From contig JADJTP010000003.1 in the NCBI GenBank assembly GCA_016711095.1, forward strand, positions 273,378 through 337,377: DNA of 64,000 bases, in the 5' to 3' direction. Positions 29,066-39,420 of the stretch are shown here, piece after piece. The DNA is from Actinomycetales bacterium. Lineage in GTDB: Bacteria > Actinomycetota > Actinomycetes > Actinomycetales > Dermatophilaceae. Position numbers and translations under genes: made by a program. The stretch's first letter is position 1, and every line of letters starts with the position of its first letter. Below the pieces are notes generated by a model that worked only from the letters and a program-made list of their open reading frames with translations, did no database searches and was not told the origin of the DNA.

Positions 29066-29127
29066 CGACCGGGGGTGATGACGCGGCTGACCAGCCGGAC
29101 GGGGTTGATGACGCGGCTGATGACGCG
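29066..29127. repeat. direct repeats upstream of pdtaS
   Basis: TGATGACGCGGCTGA occurs at 29066-29080 and 29106-29120. A third partial copy, GATGACGCG, is at 29119-29127. The element lies 70-130 nt upstream of the pdtaS start (28996, minus). Confidence 0.75.
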
Positions 29128-29270
29128 CCAGGTGCTGTCCTCACAACACCCCACGCGTACCAGCGGATCGTTCAGGCCCGGCACCCGCCACGCCGCTGAA
29201 GGTTCTCGACGCCGACCGGACTCGTGCTCGCTCACCGGTGCGGGTGTGACCCGGGGGGTCGCCGCTGGGC

Positions 29271-32200
29271 TCACCCCTCTGCTGCCGTGGTCCGCACGAA
29301 CGCCCGCAACGTCCGCAGGGCGACCGACAGGGCAGCGATGTTCGGCGTATCGAGCCGCAAGATCGCCTGCAGACCCGATCGGGCGCGGTCCAAAGCCTCC
29401 GAGTTGGCCTTGGCCCACTGGTTGAATCGGCTCTTGGCGTCCAGGGCCGGGTCACTCGCGGAGAGCACCGCCCGGGTGATGCCGTCAAGGACGGCATACA
29501 GGTCGTCGCGCAACGCGCCCCGAGCCAAGGCGTCCCAGCGGTCCTCTCGCGACAGTTGGCTCACCCGGTAGAGCATGTCGTCGATTCCGAAGCGTTCGGA
29601 CGCGTGGTAGTAGACCCGCAGCACGTCGTCGGTCGGCACGCCGGTAGCGTGCGCGATCTCGACGATGTCGAGCATCGAGAAGACATCCAGCAGCGAGGCC
29701 GTGCGCAGGGCCAGGGCCTCGGGGACCTGGGTTGCGACGAGGTCAGCCGCGGCCCGGTCCAGCCGTCGCCGCTCGGAGCCCTGCAGGACGTCGGGAACGA
29801 CCGCCGCGAATTGCGTCACCGGACCCTGGAAGCGCTCGATCTCGGCGGCAATGTCGATGGAGCCGGGGCGGGCAGTGAGGAACCAGCGGATGGCACGGTC
29901 CAGGAGCCGACGGAACTCTAGAAAGAGCACCGTCTGGGTCATGGTCGGCACGGTCGAGTCGAGCGCCTCGACCGCCGCCACGTAGTCGGCAAGGCCGAAC
30001 ACCTCCCGGCAGACGACGAAGGCCCGCGCGATCTGTTCCGCGCTGGCGTTGGTCTCTTCCTTGGCCCGGAAGGCGAAGGTGATGCCGCCGCCGTTGACCA
30101 GCGAGTTCACGACCGAGTTGACGATGATCTCGCGTTTGAGGGGGTGGCGGTCGAGTTGTTCATCGTGCTCAGCACGGATCCTGCTCGGGAAGTACTCGGC
30201 CAGGGTGCGCCGGAACCACGGGTCGTCGGGCAGCGAGGTCGGCAGCAACGCGGCCTTGAGGTCCAGCTTGGAGTAGGCGACGAGCACGGAGAACTCCGGC
30301 GACGTGAGGCCCCTGCCGTCCGCTTGCCGCCCGACGATCTCGGCATCGCCGGGGAGGTACTCCAGGCTGCGGTCGAGGTCGGCGTTCTGCTCGAGGTGAT
30401 GGATGAGCCGCTGATGGACCGGGAGCATCGTCAGCTCCTGGGCTCTGGCGTTGCCGAGCAAGACGTTCTGCTCATAGTTGTCCCGCAGCACCTGGGCTGC
30501 AACCTCGTCTGTCATCGACGCGAGCAGCGCATTGCGTTGCTTGATCGTCATGTCACCGTCGCGGACCAGCGCGCCGAGCAAGATCTTGATGTTGACCTCG
30601 TGGTCACTGGTATCGACTCCTGCGGAGTTGTCCAGGGCGTCGGTGTTGACCCGGACTCCGGTGCGGGCGGCCTCGATCCGGCCGAGCTGGGTGAATCCCA
30701 GGTTTCCACCCTCGCCGACGACCTTGCAGCGCAGTTGCCGGCCGTTGACCCGGATGGCGTCGTTGGCTCGGTCACCGACTTCCGCGTTGCCTTCCGATGC
30801 GGCCTTGACGTAGGTGCCGATGCCCCCGTTCCACAGCAGGTCGACCTTGGCCAACAGCACGGCCCTCATGAGTTCCGCCGGGGTCATCGCGGTCACCGAC
30901 GGGTCGATCGTCAACACCGCGGCCATCTGGGGCGTGATGGGGATGGACTTCGCTGACCGGTCGAACACCCCACCGCCGGCACTGATGAGTGAGCGGTCGT
31001 AGTCGGCCCAGGACGAGCGGGGCAGCTTGAACAGCCGCTGTCGCTCGGTATAGCTGCGCGCCGCGTCCGGGTTGGGGTCGAGGAAAAGATGCCGATGGTC
31101 GAAGGCCGCAATGAGCCGGATGTGCTCCGACAGCAACATGCCGTTGCCGAAAACGTCGCCGGACATGTCGCCGACGCCAACGCAGGTGAAGTCCTCGGTC
31201 TGGGTGTCGCTGCCCATCTCCCGGAAGTGCCGTTTGACCGACTCCCACGCGCCCTTGGCCGTGATGCCCATTCCCTTGTGGTCAAAACCTGCTGAGCCAC
31301 CCGAGGCGAAGGCGTCGTCGAGCCAGAAGCCGTAATCCTGGGACACTGCGTTGGCGATGTCGGAGAACGATGCTGTCCCCTTGTCGGCCGCGACGACGAG
31401 ATAGGAGTCGTCGGGGTCGTGGCGCACGACGTCTACCGGGGGCACGAGAGTGCCCGACGAGCGGTTGTCGGTGATGTCCAACAGTCCCGAGATGAAGATC
31501 CGATAGGACGCGATCCCCTCGGCCAGCCAGCCGTCCCGGTCCACGACCGGGTCAGGCAGTGCCTTGGGGTAGAAACAGCCCTTCGAACCGGTCGGGACGA
31601 TGACGGCGTTCTTGACCATCTGAGCCTTGACCAGACCGAGCACCTCCGTGCGGAAGTCTTCGCGCCGGTCGCTCCAGCGCAGCCCGCCGCGAGCCACCTT
31701 GCCGAAACGCAGGTGCACGCCTTCGACACGGGGGCTGTAGACCCAGATCTCGAACATCGGACGCGGAGCCGGCAGGTCGGGCAGCGCCTTGGGGTCGAGC
31801 TTCATCGCGAGGTAGCCGTGGTGCTGGCCCTCGGCGTCGAGCTGATAGTGGTTGGTGCGGGTCGCGGCCCGGACGATCGCGAGCAAGGCACGCACGATCC
31901 GGTCATGGTCCAGGCTCGTGACCTGCACGAGGGCATCGGTGATGCGCTCGACGATCTCGTCCTCGGCGACAGCACGCTCGGGACCGGCGACACCGGCATA
32001 CCGGGTGGGGTCGAACCGGGTCTCGAAGAGGTCGACGAGATCGCGGGCGATCCCGGCATTGGCCACGAGCGCCGCCTCGACATAGTCCTGCGAGAAAGTC
32101 GCCTGCGTCTGGCGCAGATACTTGGCCAGCGCCCGCAGAACCACGACCTGACGCCAGTCCAGCTCGGCCCGCAGGACGAGGGCGTTGAAGCCGTCGGATT

Positions 32201-34148
32201 CGGCTCCGCCGCGCCATACGGCACCGAAGGCGGCCTGGAACCGCTGCCGACACGGCTCCCGATCGGTCCCCTCGCCCCACCACACTGCCGAACGCGCGCG
32301 CAGGCCGAAGTCGTAGACGTGCACGCGCGTGCCGTCGCCGCGGCGCAGGATGTAGGGGCGTTCGTCGGTTACCTCGACACCCATATGGGTGAAGACCGGC
32401 AGCACCCGCGTGAGCGTCAGCGGGGTGCGAGTGTAGAGCTTGAACCGGCGGTCCTCGCGCGGGCCCCCCGGCTCGGCATACATGGTCAGGGCGACGTCGT
32501 CGGCGCTGGAGAGCGACTCGATCCGTCGCATATCGGCGATGGCTACCCGCGGCGTGAAGTCCTCCTTGTAGGCCTCGGGGAAGGCCTTGCCGTAGAGCCC
32601 GGCAAGCCGTACGCCGAGCTCCTCGCCGTGTTCCGTGCGGGCCGCCTCGAGCAGGTCCTCGTCCCAGGTCCGGGTCGCCTCGACGATCTCCTCTTCCAGG
32701 GCCTCAGCGTCGACGTCGGGGATCTGGGCGCCCTTGGGCACGCGCAGGACGAAGTGGACCTGAGCGAGCGGGGACTCGCTCACCCGGGTGGTGAAATCGA
32801 CGCTCTCGGCGTCGAACGCCTTGCGCAGGATCCCTTCTACACGCAGTCGGACGGCCGTGTTGTAGCGGTCGCGCGGCAGGAAGACCAGGGCCGACATGAA
32901 CCGGCCGTAGGTGTCCTTGCGCAGGAAGAGTTTGGTGCGGATCCGCTCGTGGAGGTGAACCACGGTCTCGGCGATGCTGGTGAGCGTCGCGGCGTTGGTC
33001 TGGAACAGTTCGTCGCGCGGATAGCTCTCCAGTACCTGCAACAGGTCCTTGCCCGAGTGGCTGTCGGTCGTGTAGCCGACCGAGTCCAGCACCGCGCTCG
33101 CCCGGTCGCCGAGGATCGGGATTTCGAGAATGGACGCGGTGTATGCCGCGGCCGCGAACAGCCCGAGGAATCGGTGCTCGCCGGTCACCACACCGGCCGC
33201 GTCGAAGGTCTTGACGCCGATGTAGTCGAGGTAGACGGGGCGGTGTACGGTCGCCCGCGAGTTGGCCTTGGTGATGATGAGCAACTCCGCGTCGCGCGCA
33301 CGTTGTTGGGCCGGCGGGCTCAATCGCGCGAAGGCCGCCGATCCGGCCGAGTCGTAACGCAGCAGCCCCAGTCCCGACCCGGTCACCGGGTGCAGGACGG
33401 TCTCTCCGTCGCGCTCTCCGAGAACGTATTGGCGATAGCCGAGGAACGTGAAGTGGTTGGCGGCGAGCCAGTCGAGGAAGCGCACCCCTTGATCGGTTTC
33501 TTCCGCCGGGATGCCAGCCGGCCCGGCGCGGCGCAACTCGTCGGCGAGCACCTGACACCGGTCGCGCATCTTGGGCCAGTCTTCGACGGCGTCACGGACG
33601 TCGCCAAGGACCCGCCTGAGCTCGTCGGTGAGCGCCGCGCGTTCGCCGGCATCGCTCATCCGGTCGATCTCCAGGTGCATCCACGACTCCGGAGCCACCC
33701 CGAACTCGCCGTGGGGAGCCTTGTCTGAATCGAGAACATCCTGCAAGTCCCCGACGGCGTCGCGCTGCACGACGAGTTGCGGGTGCACGACGAGGTGGAT
33801 CCCATGACGGCCACGGGTCAGGGCCATCGTCACCGAGTCAACCAGGAACGGCATGTCGTCAGTGACGATCTGGATGGCGGTGTGCTGTGACGCCCACCCC
33901 TGGACTTCGACTGTGGGGTTGTCGACGGTGACGTTGGAGGTTCCCCAAGGGCGCTGCCGAGCGACGTCGCGGTGGGAGAGGGCCGCGCCGAGCAGATCCT
34001 CCGGTGCGCGGGCCAACAGGTCCTCGGTCGCGACATGTCGGTAGTAGCGCACCAATAAGTGCTCGATGGGCGCCGCCGAATCCATCTGGGCCAGATCGGC
34101 GGCCGCCCGAAGGACATGGGCGCGGGACTGTTCAAGCGAGGAGCTCAT
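29271..34148 (-). CDS. gdh: NAD-specific glutamate dehydrogenase, large (~1625 aa) type
   Basis: Start MSSSLEQSRAHVLRAAADL at ATG 34148. The sequence matches large Bac_GDH throughout (e.g. FLVDSVTMAL, GGLRWSDRREDFRTEVLGLVKAQMVKNAVIVPTGSKG, VVGEGGNLGFTQLGRIE). The 1807-aa track ORF adds an R/P-rich 5' extension and is rejected. Confidence 0.92.
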   Translation of the reverse strand: MSSSLEQSRAHVLRAAADLAQMDSAAPIEHLLVRYYRHVATEDLLARAPEDLLGAALSHRDVARQRPWGTSNVTVDNPTVEVQGWASQHTAIQIVTDDMPFLVDSVTMALTRGRHGIHLVVHPQLVVQRDAVGDLQDVLDSDKAPHGEFGVAPESWMHLEIDRMSDAGERAALTDELRRVLGDVRDAVEDWPKMRDRCQVLADELRRAGPAGIPAEETDQGVRFLDWLAANHFTFLGYRQYVLGERDGETVLHPVTGSGLGLLRYDSAGSAAFARLSPPAQQRARDAELLIITKANSRATVHRPVYLDYIGVKTFDAAGVVTGEHRFLGLFAAAAYTASILEIPILGDRASAVLDSVGYTTDSHSGKDLLQVLESYPRDELFQTNAATLTSIAETVVHLHERIRTKLFLRKDTYGRFMSALVFLPRDRYNTAVRLRVEGILRKAFDAESVDFTTRVSESPLAQVHFVLRVPKGAQIPDVDAEALEEEIVEATRTWDEDLLEAARTEHGEELGVRLAGLYGKAFPEAYKEDFTPRVAIADMRRIESLSSADDVALTMYAEPGGPREDRRFKLYTRTPLTLTRVLPVFTHMGVEVTDERPYILRRGDGTRVHVYDFGLRARSAVWWGEGTDREPCRQRFQAAFGAVWRGGAESDGFNALVLRAELDWRQVVVLRALAKYLRQTQATFSQDYVEAALVANAGIARDLVDLFETRFDPTRYAGVAGPERAVAEDEIVERITDALVQVTSLDHDRIVRALLAIVRAATRTNHYQLDAEGQHHGYLAMKLDPKALPDLPAPRPMFEIWVYSPRVEGVHLRFGKVARGGLRWSDRREDFRTEVLGLVKAQMVKNAVIVPTGSKGCFYPKALPDPVVDRDGWLAEGIASYRIFISGLLDITDNRSSGTLVPPVDVVRHDPDDSYLVVAADKGTASFSDIANAVSQDYGFWLDDAFASGGSAGFDHKGMGITAKGAWESVKRHFREMGSDTQTEDFTCVGVGDMSGDVFGNGMLLSEHIRLIAAFDHRHLFLDPNPDAARSYTERQRLFKLPRSSWADYDRSLISAGGGVFDRSAKSIPITPQMAAVLTIDPSVTAMTPAELMRAVLLAKVDLLWNGGIGTYVKAASEGNAEVGDRANDAIRVNGRQLRCKVVGEGGNLGFTQLGRIEAARTGVRVNTDALDNSAGVDTSDHEVNIKILLGALVRDGDMTIKQRNALLASMTDEVAAQVLRDNYEQNVLLGNARAQELTMLPVHQRLIHHLEQNADLDRSLEYLPGDAEIVGRQADGRGLTSPEFSVLVAYSKLDLKAALLPTSLPDDPWFRRTLAEYFPSRIRAEHDEQLDRHPLKREIIVNSVVNSLVNGGGITFAFRAKEETNASAEQIARAFVVCREVFGLADYVAAVEALDSTVPTMTQTVLFLEFRRLLDRAIRWFLTARPGSIDIAAEIERFQGPVTQFAAVVPDVLQGSERRRLDRAAADLVATQVPEALALRTASLLDVFSMLDIVEIAHATGVPTDDVLRVYYHASERFGIDDMLYRVSQLSREDRWDALARGALRDDLYAVLDGITRAVLSASDPALDAKSRFNQWAKANSEALDRARSGLQAILRLDTPNIAALSVALRTLRAFVRTTAAEG

Positions 34149-34303
34149 CGTGTGAAACCCGTTTCTCGTCAGTCGTGGAGGACGTCGTTGTTCCCCAGTC
34201 CGAGCGTATCGGCCGTGGATGCGGGGAGTCGACGACGTCGGGGGACTTCGGTCCCTGGGGACAAACTCGGCGGTGACTGGGAGGTCGGGTCTATCGTGGG
34301 GCG

Positions 34304-34636
34304 ATGGCCACCGGAGCGGGGCAGGCGGCAGTGGCGGGGGGCGTGGGTGGCACGCGTGCAGACCTCGCGGCCCGGCTGCGCGCCCACGCGCTAGGCGCCT
34401 CGGAGTTGCTGCTGGACCTCGACCCGATCCTCGGCGAGCACGGGCCGCAGGCTGAGGTCGACCACTTCGTCGAGCACGCAGCCGATGCGCTGCGCGCCGT
34501 GGCCGAGCTCGCCGGCGCCCTGAGTGGACACGCCGGCCGAGCACGGCCCGCGACGTCCGTCGAGGAGGATCCCGAGGAGGATGCGGCGAGCGGGAACGGC
34601 AGACCGGGTTCGTGGCGCCCGGGTGCCCGATGGTGA
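34304..34636 (+). CDS. hypothetical protein (110 aa)
   Basis: The ORF has GC-rich third codon positions and a helical-looking core, ADLAARLRAHALGASELLLDLDPILGEHGPQAEVDHFVEHAADALRAVAELAGAL. It is divergent from gdh. I recognise no family. Confidence 0.4.
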   Translation: MATGAGQAAVAGGVGGTRADLAARLRAHALGASELLLDLDPILGEHGPQAEVDHFVEHAADALRAVAELAGALSGHAGRARPATSVEEDPEEDAASGNGRPGSWRPGARW

Positions 34637-35100
34637 GCGGGCTCGGAGGTGCCGATCCGGGTTCGGTCTCGCGCCTCGGTGGAGCGCTGCGCACCAGTGC
34701 CGCCAGGTTGGCGGCCGACCACGTCGGGCTGACGTCGGCTGCCGGGCAGACCCCGCTGGGGACCCTGACGGGGCTCGTCGTGCAGCGCCTCGACGCGCTC
34801 GGATCGGCGTTGCAGGTGCATTCTCAGGAGCTGGCCGAGCTGACTGTGGCCGCGACGGCCCTTGGTGATCGGGTCAGGGTCGATGGGCTGCACCTGGACG
34901 GTTGGCGAGTCGTCGAGCCGTTTGGCATCGCGACGAGTCAGGCGGCCGCGCGTCGTCTAGCGGCTCAGCCCGAGCTGCAGGCTCAGGCCGACCGGATCGC
35001 TTCGCGGATCGGGCGGATCCGCGCGCAGCTCGCGCGCCAGCTCGACCAGGCTTCGGCCGATCTCGCAGCCGCCGCTCGCACGGCCCGATCGGCCGGCTGA
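34630..35100 (+). CDS. hypothetical protein (~156 aa)
   Basis: ATG 34630 overlaps the upstream stop as ATGGTGA; GTG 34612 and GTG 34633 are alternatives. The text is ...LGTLTGLVVQRLDALGSALQVHSQELAELTVAATALGDRVRVDGLHLDGWRVVEPFG...IASRIGRIRAQLARQLDQASADLAAAA. I recognise no family. Confidence 0.45.
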   Translation: MVSGLGGADPGSVSRLGGALRTSAARLAADHVGLTSAAGQTPLGTLTGLVVQRLDALGSALQVHSQELAELTVAATALGDRVRVDGLHLDGWRVVEPFGIATSQAAARRLAAQPELQAQADRIASRIGRIRAQLARQLDQASADLAAAARTARSAG

Positions 35101-35222
35101 GTGGGCACGTGGTTGATTGGGGGGCTCCCGCCGGGCCGAGTGGCTCGCGAGGCAGGTCGTTTGTCCAGGTCGGGCGATCCCGTAGCGCCCTCGAGCGTCG
35201 CGACGGGGTAATCTCGGGCGCC

Positions 35223-35735
35223 ATGCGCATCACCGAGACTCTGGTCTATCCCGCGCCGGCCGACGTCGTCTTCGCCATGATGACCGACGAGCAGTTCCAT
35301 GCCGAAGTGTGCCTGGCCACTCACGCAATGTCGCACACAGTATCGGTGACTTTCACGGCGGGCGGGCCCGAAGCCGGCGCTACCGTAGTGACGCACCGCC
35401 TGATGCCTACCGGTGGTTTCCCCGAGTTCGTGCGGTCGATGGTCGGGCAGAGCATCGACATCGCCCAGACCATCGTCTACGGCCCGCCGAGTGCCGACCG
35501 CGGGCGGGTCGGCCAGGCGAGCATCAGTATCGGCTCGGCGCCGATCGGGTTCCGGGGGACGATCACCATCATGGCCGTGGACGAGGACGACACCGAAGTG
35601 CTCGTCGAGGGTGACCTCAAGGCGACCCTTCCGTTCGTCGGCGGAAAGATCGAGTCGGCCGCGGCCCCGTCGGTCATCACCGGCATCACCCGGGAATACG
35701 GCGTCGGCCTGAAGTGGCTCCAGGCGCGCGCCTGA
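35223..35735 (+). CDS. DUF2505/SRPBCC-like protein
   Basis: 170 aa from ATG 35223: MRITETLVYPAPADVVFAMMTDEQFHAEVC...LPFVGGKIESAAAPSVITGITREYGVGLKWL. The family call is from memory. Confidence 0.6.
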   Translation: MRITETLVYPAPADVVFAMMTDEQFHAEVCLATHAMSHTVSVTFTAGGPEAGATVVTHRLMPTGGFPEFVRSMVGQSIDIAQTIVYGPPSADRGRVGQASISIGSAPIGFRGTITIMAVDEDDTEVLVEGDLKATLPFVGGKIESAAAPSVITGITREYGVGLKWLQARA

Positions 35736-35780
35736 CCGGTCGGCCCGCAGGCTCAGCGCATCACGCCCTGCTTCTAGGGC

Positions 35781-37408
35781 TCAGCCCATCGACGGGTAGC
35801 GGTAGTCGGTCGGGGGCGCGAACGTCTCTTTGATCGATCGCACCGACGTCCAGCGCATGAGGTTCTGCGCCGCACCGGCCTTGTCGTTGGTGCCCGAAGC
35901 GCGTCCGCCGCCGAAGGGTTGCTGGCCGACGACCGCGCCGGTCGGCTTGTCGTTGATGTAGAAGTTGCCGGCGGCATACCGCAGCTTATGGCTCGTGCGG
36001 GCAATCACCTCGCGGTCTTGCGCGATGACCGCGCCGGTCAGTGCGTAGGGGGCGAAGGACTCCATCTGATCGAGCATCCGGTCGTAGGACCGGTCGGGGT
36101 ACACGTGGACGGAGAGGATCGGGCCGAAGTACTCGGTGCGCAGCGACTCGTCGGCGGCGTCGTCGACCTTGAGGACCGTCGGACGGATGAAGAAGCCCTC
36201 GGAGTCGTCGTAGGTGCCGCCGGCGACTACCTGGATGCCCGCGGTGGCGTGGGCCCGGTCGATGGCGGCCTTGTGGTCGGCGAACGCGCCGGCGTCGATG
36301 ACCGCGCCCATGAAGTTCGAATGGTCGGTGACATCGCCCTGAGTGAGTCCGTTGACCTCGTCGGCAAGCTCAGCGCCCAGCTTCTTCCAGATCGAGGCCG
36401 GCACGTATGCTCGCGAGGCGGCCGAGCATTTCTGGCCCTGAAACTCGAAGGCCCCGCGCACGAGCGCCGTGCGCAGCACGTCGATATCGGCTGACGGGTG
36501 GGCCACGACGAAGTCCTTACCGCCGGTCTCGCCCACGAGCCGCGGATAGGTGCGATATCGGGCGATGTTCTGGCCGACCTCCGACCACATCGAGTGGAAG
36601 ACGCCGGTCGAGCCGGTGAAGTGGATGCCGGCGAAATGGGGGTCGTCGAGGACTGCCTTGGTGAGCGTGGCGCCGTCGGAGGTGACGAGGTTGATGACCC
36701 CCGGCGGAAGGCCGGCCGCTTCGAGGATCGCCATCGTGTAGTGGGCCGCAAGCTGCTGGGTGCGGGCCGGCTTCCACACGACCGTGTTGCCCATGAGCGC
36801 GGGCGCGGTCGGCAGGTTGCCACCGATGGCCGTGAAGTTGAACGGCGTCACTGCATACACGAAGCCCTCGAGCGAGCGATAGTCCGAGCGGTTCCACACG
36901 CCCTTGGAGTTCAACGGCGGCTGCTCGGCGAGGATCTGCTGCGCGAAGTGGACGTTGATCCGCCAGAAGTCGATGAGCTCGCACGCCGAGTCGATCTCGG
37001 CTTGGGGGCGGTTTTGCTTTGGCCGAGCATCGTCGCGGCGTTGAGGGTGGCCCGCCAGGGGCCTGAGAGCAGCTCGGCGGCCTTGAGCAGGATGGCCGCC
37101 CGGTCGGCGAAGGCCATGTCGCGCCACATCGGGGCAGCGGCCTTAGCGGCCTCGACGGCGCTGGCGGCCTCGGCCGGTGTGACGAGCTTCATCGTGCCGA
37201 GGAGCTTGCGGTGCGCGTGCGGCTGAACCACCTTGGCGGTGCGCCCGCCGCCCATGACCTTGCGACCGCCGATGGTGCTGGGCAGCTCGATGTCCGATGC
37301 GGCGATCCGGGCGAGCTCGGCGTCGAGCTCGGCGCGCTCGGCGCTCCCGGGCGCATAGCCGAGCACTGGCTCGTTGGCCGGGGCAGGCACACGGAAAAGG
37401 GCGTCCAT
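35781..37408 (-). pseudogene. pruA: L-glutamate gamma-semialdehyde (1-pyrroline-5-carboxylate) dehydrogenase, one frameshift as sequenced
   Basis: N-terminus MDALFRVPAPANEPVLGYAPGS...ATMLGQSKTA (ORF 36911..37408), then QAEIDSACELIDFWRINVHFA...VGETGGKDF...FEFQGQKCSAASR...YRYPSMG (ORF 35781..37127). The junction is at the G5 run 37004-37008; one more base restores ...KTAPQAEIDS.... Confidence 0.88.
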
Positions 37409-37623
37409 CGGTGGTTCCTCCTGGGTGTGGCGGGCGCCATCGACGGTCGCTGCGACGGGTGCTCAACGGGCGGTCGACGGTTAGCCCATCGTGTCACGTC
37501 CCCGCCCTCGCGCAGCAGCACGAGGGGCTCTCTGACCGCGGGGGCGGACGCCCGTAGCGACGGGTGAGTGGGCCGTGCAACCCTAGCGACGTGAGCAACG
37601 CGGCCACCGAGGCGACAACACCC

Positions 37624-38619
37624 ATGGAACACGTCGCGGTCTTCGGGACCGGCAGCTGGGGGACGGCGTTCGCGTCGGTGCTCGCCGAAGCCGGGTGCCG
37701 GGTGAGGATGTGGGGGAAGTTCGCCGACGAGGTCGACGACATCCGCCGCTACCACGCGAGCGTGCGCTATCTGCCCGACCTGCAACTGCCGGACACCGTC
37801 TCGGCGACCACCGATGCCGCCGAGGCGCTCGACGGAGCCGGCATCGGCATCCTCGCGGTGCCCGCCCAGACCCTGCGTGCCAACCTCGCCGAGTGGGGCC
37901 CGCTGCTGCCCCCCGGAATCATCCTCGTCTCGCTCATGAAGGGCCTGGAGAAGGGCACCTCCAAACGCATGTCCGAGGTCGTCATCGAGTCCCTCGGCCT
38001 GCCCGCCGAGCAGATGGTCGTCGTGTCCGGCCCCAACATCGCCCGGGAGATCGCCGCCCGTGAGCCAGCTGCAACCACCGTCGCCTGTGCGTCGCTCGCC
38101 GCGGCCCAGCGGGTCGCCGACGCGTGCGCAACCCCGGCTTTCAGGCCCTATGTCCACGACGACGTCATCGGTGCCGAGCTGGGCGGAAGCGTCAAGAACG
38201 TGATCGCGGTGGCCTCCGGCATGACCGAAGGTCTGGGTCTGGGCGACTCCGTGACGGCGGCCGTCATCACCCGGGGGCTGACGGAGATGCGCGAGCTCGG
38301 CGAGGCGATGGGCGCCCACCCGGCCACCTTCGCGGGACTGGCCGGCGTCGGCGACCTCGTCGTCACCTGCCTCTCTCGCCACTCCCGCAACTCGACCTTC
38401 GGACGCCGCCTCGGCACCGGCATGACCGTCGATGAGGTCATCGCCGTGACGAAGCAGACCGCAGAAGGGATCGCCTCCTGCGGGGCGATCCTCTCGCTCG
38501 CCCAAGCCCACGACGTGCACATGCCGATCGTCGCGAACGTCACCGCCGTGGTCCAGCAGGGGCGCACCGCAGCCGAGTTCGCGCGGGTGCTACGTGCGGA
38601 CGTCCTCGAAGGATTGTGA
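37624..38619 (+). CDS. gpsA: NAD(P)H-dependent glycerol-3-phosphate dehydrogenase
   Basis: Contains MEHVAVFGTGSWGTAFASVLA, GPNIAREIA and KNVIAVASGM. The upstream in-frame starts at 37564 and 37591 are possible but not needed. Confidence 0.9.
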   Translation: MEHVAVFGTGSWGTAFASVLAEAGCRVRMWGKFADEVDDIRRYHASVRYLPDLQLPDTVSATTDAAEALDGAGIGILAVPAQTLRANLAEWGPLLPPGIILVSLMKGLEKGTSKRMSEVVIESLGLPAEQMVVVSGPNIAREIAAREPAATTVACASLAAAQRVADACATPAFRPYVHDDVIGAELGGSVKNVIAVASGMTEGLGLGDSVTAAVITRGLTEMRELGEAMGAHPATFAGLAGVGDLVVTCLSRHSRNSTFGRRLGTGMTVDEVIAVTKQTAEGIASCGAILSLAQAHDVHMPIVANVTAVVQQGRTAAEFARVLRADVLEGL

Positions 38620-38631
38620 GAGTCTGTCGCG

Positions 38632-39420
38632 GTGAGCGTGGCGGATTACCCCTATTTCGCGCCGCCCCCGATCGCGCTTGCCCACCGCGGCGGCGCAGAT
38701 TTCGCTGCGAACCATGGCATTGAAAACACGCTCGCCGCTTTCACGACCGCCGTCACCATGGGCTACCGCTATCTGGAGACCGACGTCCATGCCAGCGCTG
38801 ACGGGCGGCTGGTCGCCTTCCACGACCGTTACCTCGATCGCGTGACCGACCGCACCGGCGAGATCGCCCGGCTGCCGTGGCGCGAGATCGCCGCAGCCCG
38901 CGTCGGCGGACGGGAGCCGATCCCGACCCTCGATGACCTGCTCGAGGCGTTTGCAGACACCCGGATCAACATCGACATCAAGGCCCGCTCCGCGGTCACC
39001 CCCCTGTGGGAGACGATCCGGCGGCACGCGGCCTACGACCGGGTCTGTGTGGGGTCGTTCTCGCAGCGGCGGCTCGCCTCCTTCCGGCGGCTGGCCGGGC
39101 CACGGGTAGCCACCGCAGCGGGACAGTGGGGCGTCGCGGCGCTGCGCTATCTGCCGCGCGCGGCCTCGGTCTTGGCCCACTCACCTGGGCAGGTCTTGCA
39201 GATCCCGGTCAGGCACGAGTTGGGCGGGCGCACGCTCACCCTCGTCACCCCCGGCCTCGTCGACACCGTGCACCGGTTCGGAATGCACCTGCATGTCTGG
39301 ACGATCGACGAACGTGACGAGATGCGCCGGCTGCTCGACCTTGGTGTCGATGGGCTGATCAGCGATCGAATCGACGTTCTACGGGATGTGCTCACCGAGC
39401 GCGGGGCGTGGCCGTCGTGA
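38632..39420 (+). CDS. glycerophosphodiester phosphodiesterase family protein
   Basis: GDPD motifs ALAHRGG...ENTLAAF and YLETDVHASADGRLVAFHD are present in a 262-aa ORF. Confidence 0.85.
   Translation: MSVADYPYFAPPPIALAHRGGADFAANHGIENTLAAFTTAVTMGYRYLETDVHASADGRLVAFHDRYLDRVTDRTGEIARLPWREIAAARVGGREPIPTLDDLLEAFADTRINIDIKARSAVTPLWETIRRHAAYDRVCVGSFSQRRLASFRRLAGPRVATAAGQWGVAALRYLPRAASVLAHSPGQVLQIPVRHELGGRTLTLVTPGLVDTVHRFGMHLHVWTIDERDEMRRLLDLGVDGLISDRIDVLRDVLTERGAWPS

Noticed and set aside
29271-34694. The 1807-aa version of the gdh ORF. Similar 5'-extended track ORFs exist for adnB (1571 aa), the ABC ATPase (389 aa), rhlE (628 aa), moeZ (445 aa) and the response regulator (202 aa, running through the tRNA).
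   Set aside because: The extra N-terminal text is R/P-rich and non-homologous. Internal starts with an RBS or with 4-nt stop/start overlaps give the lengths expected for each family.
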